A stretch of 63,998 nucleotides of DNA, the filler included, from Octopus bimaculoides (Eukaryota): NCBI RefSeq assembly GCF_001194135.2. It is 4 parts of 4 records of this genome, joined end to end, with 100 filler letters (N's around TTAATTAATTAA, not from the genome) between each part and the next. Parts side by side here need not be neighbours in the genome. Positions count along the whole stretch, not along the records: positions 1 to 28,610 come from NC_069005.1; 3 more parts are not named here. One strand, 5' to 3'. Below the pieces are notes generated by a model. That model ran no database searches. It was not told the DNA's origin and was given only the letters and a program-made list of their open reading frames with translations. Made by a program: the position numbers and the translations under genes. Shown here piece after piece: positions 1-9,300 of this stretch. Within the stretch, counting starts at the first letter, position 1; every line of letters begins with the position of its first letter.

Positions 1-311
1 GAGAGAGAGAGAGAGAGAGTTTTATAAGTGCCAACTCACGAAACTCGCGATCTTTGAGTCACTCTGTTACTTCTGCTAAATATTATTGGGTTGGTGCATA
101 ATTATTGTGGCTTTTTTTCAACAAATTTTATTAACAAAATTTTATTAACACAAACAATAACAATATTTAACAAAAACATCTGACCGTCTGCCAAGCAAAT
201 GGGAAGCAGTAATTGAAGTAGATGGTGAATATGCTCCGGAATAATCATTTAAAGATGTTTTTGTTACATGTTGTTATAGTTTTTTTTTTAAATAAAATTT
301 GTTGAAAAAAG

Positions 312-410
312 TCGGGGTCGATAAATTAAGTACCAGTGAAACACTGGAGTCGGTGTAATTGACTAGTCCACTCCCCACAAACTTCAGACCTTGTGCCTAT
401 AGTAGAAAGG
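312..410 (+). mobile_element. SINE family A, 3' fragment
   Basis: cggggtcgataaattaagtaccag..gaccttgtgcctatagtagaaagg, shared with many copies in the window. Confidence 0.75.
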
Positions 411-445
<35 letters not shown>

Positions 446-608
446 AAAGTTATTACATGCTAATTTGATTAACTGTGTACAATTTTTACCAATTGTACGA
501 CAAGACAAGATTGTACATATCAGTGTAAATTTTAATAAATATTTTTAACAACAATTTCAAAATCCAGACACTAATTTATTTATTTTTCTCTATTTTAATA
601 AATTTCAG

Positions 609-1918
609 GGCTCTTTGATATACACAAAAAAGGACCCACTCCATTTAGCTGCGGGGTCATTAACGATGAACAAGGATACCAGCTCGTGGAAGCGTTTAAT
701 TATGCCGTTGATTACGTTAACAGTAACCGAGGAATTTTTGACAATATCCTTCGAGGTGTCACAATTGGTTCTCTTGCTGTGGATGTCTGCCAAAGTCCAA
801 CCAAAGCTGGTAACATCGTGACAAATCTACAAAACAAGAACGCTCATCTCTTCGACAATGCCACCAACTCTTTCATCGATCCAGCAGATTTCCAGGTTTA
901 TGTCGGACCCTTTGATAGCGAATCTTCCCTACGCGTTGCAGATATTCTCACTAAATTAGGAATCCCTCAGATCAGCTACGGTGCCACTAGTGCCGAACTC
1001 TCTAGCGATCGGTACCAATTTTTTTCAAGGACTGTTCCGTCGGACAGCAAGCAGGCACGAGCGTTCGTTTCGTTTTTGAAACGCTACCAGATCAAATACG
1101 TCCAATTAATCAGCACTGAAGATACAATTGGACGGTATGGGAAAGAAGAATTTGCCAAAGTGGCCTTCGAAAACAAAATATGTATCACGCAGAACGTAAG
1201 CTTACCACGAGATGAGTTTCTAACTCAATTTGATGCTGATGTCGCAATCAATAAACTTGCCTTACAGGATGAAACAACGGTCGTTGTGCTTTTTGTAACT
1301 AACCCGCGTCTTCTGCTTGTTTCGGCAGAAAAGAACTACGTTATCACCTCGCGTTTTTTGTTTATAGCTACTGACAAATGGGGCGCCGACCCAGACATGT
1401 TACGAGACCTAAATAAACTGTTATCGAAACGCCAAATCGTTATATTTGATGTAGAAACGGCTGATCTACCGGACTTCGATAAATACCTTGATACGAAAAG
1501 TACAAGAGCGAACAACAATAAAAATTGGTTCAACGAGTATTACGAAGAGCTTTATAGCTGTACAACCACTTCCAACGCCTCCTCGAGGTTTCCTACAACG
1601 TGCAGTGGAACTAGCTATCGAACTTTACCTATAGCTCCGAAATATACTCAGGACCCTTACGTACTTTTTGTAGTCAATGCGGTCTTTGCGGCCGCCATCG
1701 GGATTCATGGGGCATTGCAAAACGTGTGTGGACGCGATTATAACATCATCTGTGATCGATTTATATCTTCCGACCAAAGACCTGCTATTCAAAGGTACAT
1801 TCTGTCATCCCAATTTATAGACCCAGGTCTGCAACCATTTTACTACATGAAAGGAAGCGATGACAGCATTCGAGGTTATCATATATATGAACCAGTTGAA
1901 ACCAAACAGTACACTAAC
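609..1918 (+). CDS. Exon 1 in window: nearly the whole first VFT domain (VFT-A)
   Basis: Acceptor tttcag|gg at 608/609 (phase 1), donor aac|gtaagt at 1918/1919. Translates GLFDIHKKG..SCG..VEAFNYAV..DVC..GPFDSESS..IPQISYGATS..FSRTVPSD..ATDKWG..WFNEYY..QDPYVLFVVNAV. Confidence 0.93.
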
Positions 1919-4900
1919 GTAAGTGACATTTTACAGATACAAATAAATATCCAAGTGGCTATGTCAGTGCACGTCATATTTCTCGAAAGGCATCATATAC
2001 AGCTATAATATCGAAGGTTACCTTGGATAGAGAAATTCGAAGGATTGCTTTGGTCCAATGGCAGGACGCTTGTTATATCTACAGGAGATCTAGGTTCGAG
2101 TCTCACGGGTAACCTTCGCCTTTCCCTATCCGAAAGAGTCTTTTTTTTTTCAAACCAATATTTTGCATGCTATTCTTTATAGTTGTAAGCTATGTGCTTC
2201 GGGAACCATTATTCCAAAACAGAATTATTTTATATTTCTCCAAATTCTTATGATGCCCGCAGTCTATCTATCTATCTATCTATCTATCTATATATACATA
2301 TATNNNNNNNNNNNNNNNNNNNNNNNNNNNNNNNNNNNNNNNNNNNNNNNNNNNNNNNNNNNNNNNNNNNNNNNNNNNNNNNNNNNNNNNNNNNNNNNNN
2401 NNNNNNNNNNNNNNNNNNNNNNNNNNNNNNNNNNNNNNNNNNNNNNNNNNNNNNNNNNNNNNNNNNNNNNNNNNNNNNNNNNNNNNNNNNNNNNNNNNNN
2501 NNNNNNNNNNNNNNNNNNNNNNNNNNNNNNNNNNNNNNNNNNNNNNNNNNNNNNNNNNNNNNNNNNNNNNNNNNNNNNNNNNNNNNNNNNNNNNNNNNNN
2601 NNNNNNNNNNNNNNNNNNNNNNNNNNNNNNNNNNNNNNNNNNNNNNNNNNNNNNNNNNNNNNNNNNNNNNNNNNNNNNNNNNNNNNNNNNNNNNNNNNNN
2701 NNNNNNNNNNNNNNNNNNNNNNNNNNNNNNNNNNNNNNNNNNNNNNNTATATATATATATATATGTCATTATTCAGTTTTAATCCAAGATTTTTTACCAG
2801 TAAAGAAAAATCTGGTTTCTAACCTAGATCCAAGGCTCTTTCATGGGAATTTCAACGGCATCTACAGAGTATGTATGTATGTATGCATGTATGTATGTAT
2901 TCGTATGTATTATAGAAAGCAAAAAGAAAATCAGTGAATGGTACCAGATATTTTTCTCTCGCCACAGATCGGCAGTTATAACGAAACCGATAATCTGAAG
3001 CTGGACGCCAGATACAATATAAACTGGTCGTCATCCTGCTCAGCAACCAGCTGCGCCAAATGTATTTTCCCTCCATCGGAACCAACCCATTTTATGACCA
3101 TGAAGTCGCCGAACGATCTCAACTTAGTCGCCGTCTTTGACATACATTTCGCAGACGATAAGGCGTTTAACCAATGCGGCAATTTAAACACGGCTTCCGG
3201 CTTTCAGCACGCTCTAGCTTTCTTCTATGCCATTCGAAACGTCAACAAAAACACTCGGAACAGACTAGCAAGCAGTCTGCAGTTGGGTGGAGTTGCCCTG
3301 GACACGTGTTCGTTACCGGTCACCCTCGGACTGGATGTCTATAGCCTCTTGACCGGAAGCAGTCGATGCAGAAAAAAAGGCGCTAACGAAATAGTGAGTT
3401 GATTTTTATTAGCTTTTATTTGCTTTATTTTTACTCACATCTCTCAGTTAAAACTACAATGATTTTCTTCCATAGCAGTTTATTCATTTATTCAGTTCAT
3501 TATAATGTAATAATAAGTTGTGCCCGTAATTCAAAGGGTCAGCCTTGTCACACTCTGTGTCACGCTGAATATCCCCGAGAACTACGTTAAGGGTACACGT
3601 GTCTGTGGAGTGCTCAGCCACTTGCACGTTAATTTCACGAGCAGGCTGTTCCGTTGGTCGGATCAACTGGAACCCTCGACGTCGTAAGCGACGGAGTGCC
3701 AACAACAACAACAATAATGTAATAAGAAAGGATGTTGAGCTGGCGGAAACGTTAACACGCCGGACAAAATGCTTAGCGGTATTTCGTCCGTCTTGCACGT
3801 TCAAATTCTGCCGAGGTCAACTTTATCTTTCATCTTTTCGGGGTCGATAAAATAAGCACCAACTAAGCACTAGAGTCGATTTATCAATTTGCACCTCACC
3901 CAAAATTTCAGGCCTTGTGCCCATAGTAGAATGGATTATTGTTGTTGTTGTTGTTGTTGCTGCTGTTGATATTGTTGCTGTTATTATTTCAATATTTTGT
4001 ATACCAGATCTTCCCGCCAGCCAGTATCGTCGGTTTCGTACCCAAAGCTAGCAGCAACGCAGTACCAATCGCAAACATGCTGAGAGACTACGGCATCATG
4101 ACACTCAGCCCAAGTGCTACAACGACCAAACTGAGCGACCAATCGATCTACCCTCACTTTCTCAGAACCGTCCCACCAGACGATCTTCAAGCGAAAGTAA
4201 TGATGGATATCCTGAAGAAAATGCAATGGACGTATGTGTCCAGCGTTTATTCGGACAACGAATACGGCAAAAGTGCCATCCAAACATTTCTGAAGGCGGC
4301 CGATAACGACACAGCGGTCTGTGCTACGAAGATAATTTCTATGCCAATGAACGCCACAAACAAGGAAGCCAAAGATATTGTTGAAAGGTTAAATCGCGAA
4401 GCTGGTGCCAGAGCCGTAGTTCTGTTTCTTAAAGACTATCAGATAAGGTGATTGTTTTTTTGGGGTTTTTTTTTAGTTTTTTTTTCTTTCGATTTTGTTC
4501 AATTTATTTAGACGCAGGATGAATGTGGGATTTGAAGGCATGTAAATAAAGTCGTTCTTAGCTAGACTTGCAATCAGGAACCGCCGACAGATTGTTCGAT
4601 TCTTAACACAACAATTGTTCAATTCTTGTCACGATCTCTCTTCGCCACGTCTCCTCTCTATCATAGACAGCATGGAAAAAAAACAGGGAAATTTTTCTTC
4701 TCTCTCACCGACATGACGTCATCTCCCCCGATGTGACGTCATCTCCCCCTGACGTGACGTTATCTCCCCCCTCTTCCGATCTTCCTTCCACCACAGAACG
4801 CCAGCTAAACTCCTTCCTTCAAAGATTTTTAAGACAGATGATGCGTTTTTATTTTCGTTTTCAACAGGCGTAGGAGTGGCTGTGTGGTAAGTAGCTTGCT

Positions 4901-5031
4901 TACGAACCACATGGTTCCGGGTTCAGTCCCACATCGTGGCATCTTGGGCAAGTGTCTTCTACTATAGCCTCGGGCCAACCAAAGCCTTGTGAGTGGATTT
5001 GGTAGACGGAAACTGAAAGAAGCTCGTCGTA

Positions 5032-5064
<33 letters not shown>

Positions 5065-5198
5065 NNNNNNNNNNNNNNNNNNNNNNNNNNNNNNNNNNNN
5101 NNNNNNNNNNNNNNNNNNNNNNNNNNNNNNNNNNNNNNNNNNNNNNNNNNNNNNNNNNNNNNNNNNNNNNNNNNNNNNNNNNNTATATGTATATATAC

Positions 5199-5242
<44 letters not shown>

Positions 5243-5381
5243 TTGCGTGTTTTTCCCCACCAACATCGCTTGACAACCGATGGTGGTGTGTTTACGTCCC
5301 CATATCTTAGCGATTCGGCAAACGAGACCGATAGAATAAGTCCTGGGGTCGATTTGCTCGACTAAAGATTATTATTGCTGA

Positions 5382-5436
<55 letters not shown>

Positions 5437-6308
5437 GTTCGTCCATTATTCAGACTATTATTGCAAGCAGCCAAGGACCTGGATTTGGTCAACCGTTTCG
5501 TGTGGATCGGCAGTGACACATGGGGAAACAACATGTATGTGGTCAGCAACGGTCTGCAAGAGACAGCAGCTGGTGCCATCACCATACAAATCAGATCAAA
5601 GGTACTGAACGGCTTCCTGGAGTACGTGAAACAACTGACATTAGAAAAACACGATGGAATTCCAGACGATTGGTTCTTCGACTTTTATCAGGATATTCAC
5701 AAATGTCGTCTGCTCTTTACTGACAGAGCGAAAAATTACGATAGAATCTGTACTAAAAATGAAGTAATAACAGACGATAAAATACAACAAGATGCATTCA
5801 TTTTCCACACAGTTTTGGCCGTTGAAATGATAGCGATTGGACTCAATAATATCAAAGAGGTAATTATAAGTCTTAGGTGGTTTTAAATAAGTTTGTTTCC
5901 CAACCACATGATGTTAGCTTCTCTCCCGCTACATGACACACACCTTGGGTAAGTGTATTAGCCCCTGCTATGGCCACTGGCCGATCAAGGCCCTGTGAGT
6001 GGATTTGCTAGGTAGAAACGAGCTGGCAGAAACATTACCCCGCCGGGCGAAATGCTTAGCAGTATTTCGTCTGCCGTTAAGTTCTGAGTTCAAATTGCGC
6101 CGAGGTCGACTTTGCTTATCATCCTTTCGGGGTCGATAAATTAAGTACCAGTTAGGTGGTTTTAAATAAGTTTGTTTCCCAACCACATGATGTTAGCTTC
6201 TCTCCCGCTACATGACACACACCTTGGGTAAGTGTATTAGCCCCTGCTATGGCCACTTTATGTTCAGCCCCTTGTGGGCAATAAAGAAATAAGAAATAAG
6301 AAACTGAA

Positions 6309-6341
<33 letters not shown>

Positions 6342-9300
6342 TGTATGTATGTATGCGTGCGTGTGTGTGTGTATTTCTGTTGTATTTGTCACCTACCACC
6401 GCTTGACAGCCGGTGTTGGTTTGTTTTCGTCTACATAGTTTAGAAGTCTTGTAAAAGAGACCGTTAGAATAAATACCAGTTTCAAAAACAAAAGTACTGA
6501 AGTCGATTTGTCCGGCTAAACCTTTCAAGGCGGTACTCCAGTATAGCTACAATCCAATGACTGAAACAAGAAAGCGAACAGAAAAACGATTAAAAGTATA
6601 TCTTAATTGAAAAGTCTTCTGCCACAGCACACTGGAATGGCTCGCAAATAACACACTTCTCAGAACACTTTGATTATTGTTTTCTATTTGAATTGGGGAA
6701 TCTTTTCCCGAAATATTCTAGGATCATTAAACAAGTTATGTAAGGTATTATCTAATCTTTTCTCTTTGTCTTCATTCATTGATATCATCTTACATACTTT
6801 GCCTCACCTGCATTCCTCAAAGATTAAAGTTTCTTTTTATGGAAACATTTGTCTTCTTTACACATAATACTGTAACGTTTCAAACCAACAGCAATTTTCT
6901 AAAATGTTTAGAGTTATAAGCAGATTTCATTTGAGATTCATATATTGAGACTGAAACAATTATAGTGTAGTAGAGTTGAAACTGGTATTTTAAAAATAAC
7001 ACACGTATGCATTATACATGTTTCATTGAGAAGGCGCGTAACTTATTAGCTAGGGTGTTCGACTCACGATCTTAATGTCATGAGTTCAATTCCTGGCGAC
7101 GCATTCTGTCCTTAAGCAAGACCCTTTATTTCACGTTGCTCTAGTTCATTCAGCTAGCAAAAAATAAGTTGTACCCGTAATTCGAAAAGGGCCAGCCTTG
7201 TCACATTCTGTGTTACGCTGAATCTCTCCGAGAACAATTTTAAGGATACGTGTGTCAATGAAGTACTCAACCACTTCTGCGTTAATTTCACGATCGTGTT
7301 GTTCTTTTGATCGGATCAGCTTGAATACTCGTCATCGTAACCGACGGAGAACCAGAGCCAGAACGTGGTCTGGAAGAGATTTTTAGCTGCTATTTTTAGC
7401 AAGTGTAATATGAGGGGGGGGGCCTCTAGGTAAAAGAAAATACAGGAGGATCTGTTAATTATTATTTCATTCAACATATGTCCCTCTCAGATTCACACAC
7501 TTATTGCAGTGGTCCTTAAGTTTTTCTAATCCCCGTATAAAAGAAGTCAGAAGACTGGACCTCCAACCAGGCCTTCCGCGAGACCCTTGAAGCCAGGAAC
7601 TTTTCAGCACCCCTTCGTACCACTATGTAGCATGCTTTCCCTATATTGTCTTTTATATCTCCATGCACATCCTTATTAACATTGCCTTTTCTAAATTCCA
7701 GTGTCGACAAGACAGTACGGTGAGCGTCGCCAGCTGCTTAGCGCTACAGAAGAACAAGAACGCCATAATCTACGACAGCGTTCGTAAATCTCCGTGGATC
7801 GATCTTCATTTAAGTGACGAAGACATTCCTAGTAATTTTTCCTTCAAATTTACGGAATCCGGTTACGGAGATATTGGTTACGACATTATGAATTATCGAT
7901 TCAATATCTACAAAAACAACTATGAATATGTCAGGGTAAGACATCTTCTAGAGTATTATTTACCGACATCGCCTTATATCCGGCCCTACCAGCCTTTTCT
8001 CCCTTCCTTCCTTCCTTCCTTCCTTCCTTCCTTCTTTCTTTCTTTCCTTCCTTCCTCACGCCAGTGTTGGGAGCAATAGGCTCGGGAACAGAAGGGGTGC
8101 AAGGAGAGTATGCCTCTTAAACTTTTGGCGAATGGGATGCAATGAAAACGCTTTTGNNNNNNNNNNNNNNNNNNNNNNNNNNNNNNNNNNNNNNNNNNNN
8201 NNNNNNNNNNNNNNNNNNNNNNNNNNNNNNNNNNNNNNNNNNNNNNNNNNNNNNNNNNNNNNNNNNNNNNNNNNNNNNNNNNNNNNNNNNNNNNNNNNNN
8301 NNNNNNNNNNNNNNNNNNNNNNNNNNNNNNNNNNNNNNNNNNNNNNNNNNNNNNNNNNNNNNNNNNNNNNNNNNNNNNNNNNNNNNNNNNNNNNNNNNNN
8401 NNNNNNNNNNNNNNNNNNNNNNNNNNNNNNNNNNNNNNNNNNNNNNNNNNNNNNNNNNNNNNNNNNNNNNNNNNNNNNNNNNNNNNNNNNNNNNNNNNNN
8501 NNNNNNNNNNNNNNNNNNNNNNNNNNNNNNNNNNNNNNNNNNNNNNNNNNNNNNNNNNNNNNNNNNNNNNNNNNNNNNNNNNNNNNNNNNNNNNNNNNNN
8601 NNNNNNNNNNNNNNNNNNNNNNNNNNNNNNNNNNNNNNNNNNNNNNNNNNNNNNNNNNNNNNNNNNNNNNNNNNNNNNNNNNNNNNNNNNNNNNNNNNNN
8701 NNNNNNNNNNNNNNNNNNNNNNNNNNNNNNNNNNNNNNNNNNNNNNNNNNNNNNNNNNNNNNNNNNNNNNNNNNNNNNNNNNNNNNNNNNNNNNNNNNNN
8801 NNNNNNNNNNNNNNNNNNNNNNNNNNNNNNNNNNNNNNNNNNNNNNNNNNNNNNNNNNNNNNNNNNNNNNNNNNNNNNNNNNNNNNNNNNNNNNNNNNNN
8901 NNNNNNNNNNNNNNNNNNNNNNNNNNNNNNNNNNNNNNNNNNNNNNNNNNNNNNNNNNNNNNNNNNNNNNNNNNNNNNNNNNNNNNNNNNNNNNNNNNNN
9001 NNNNNNNNNNNNNNNNNNNNNNNNNNNNNNNNNNNNNNNCTTAGCGATATTTCATCTGCCGTTACGTTCTGAGTTCAAATTCCGCCGAGGTCGACTTTGC
9101 CTTTCATCCTTTCATGTTCGATAAATCAAGTACCAGTTATGCACTGGGGTCGATGTAATCGACTTAATACCTTTGTCTGTCTTTGTTTGTTCCCTCTATG
9201 TTTAGCCCCTTGTTGGCAATAAAGAAATAAGAAACGTTAGCACACAAGGCAAAATGCTTAGCGGAATTTCGTCTGTCTTTACGTTCTGAGTTCAAATTCC

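Noticed and set aside
1919-2008. C-terminal extension of the 440-aa ORF (VSDILQ...HHIQL*)
   Set aside because: Read-through into intron 1. A consensus gtaagt donor at 1919 and an in-phase exon 2 continue the VFT.
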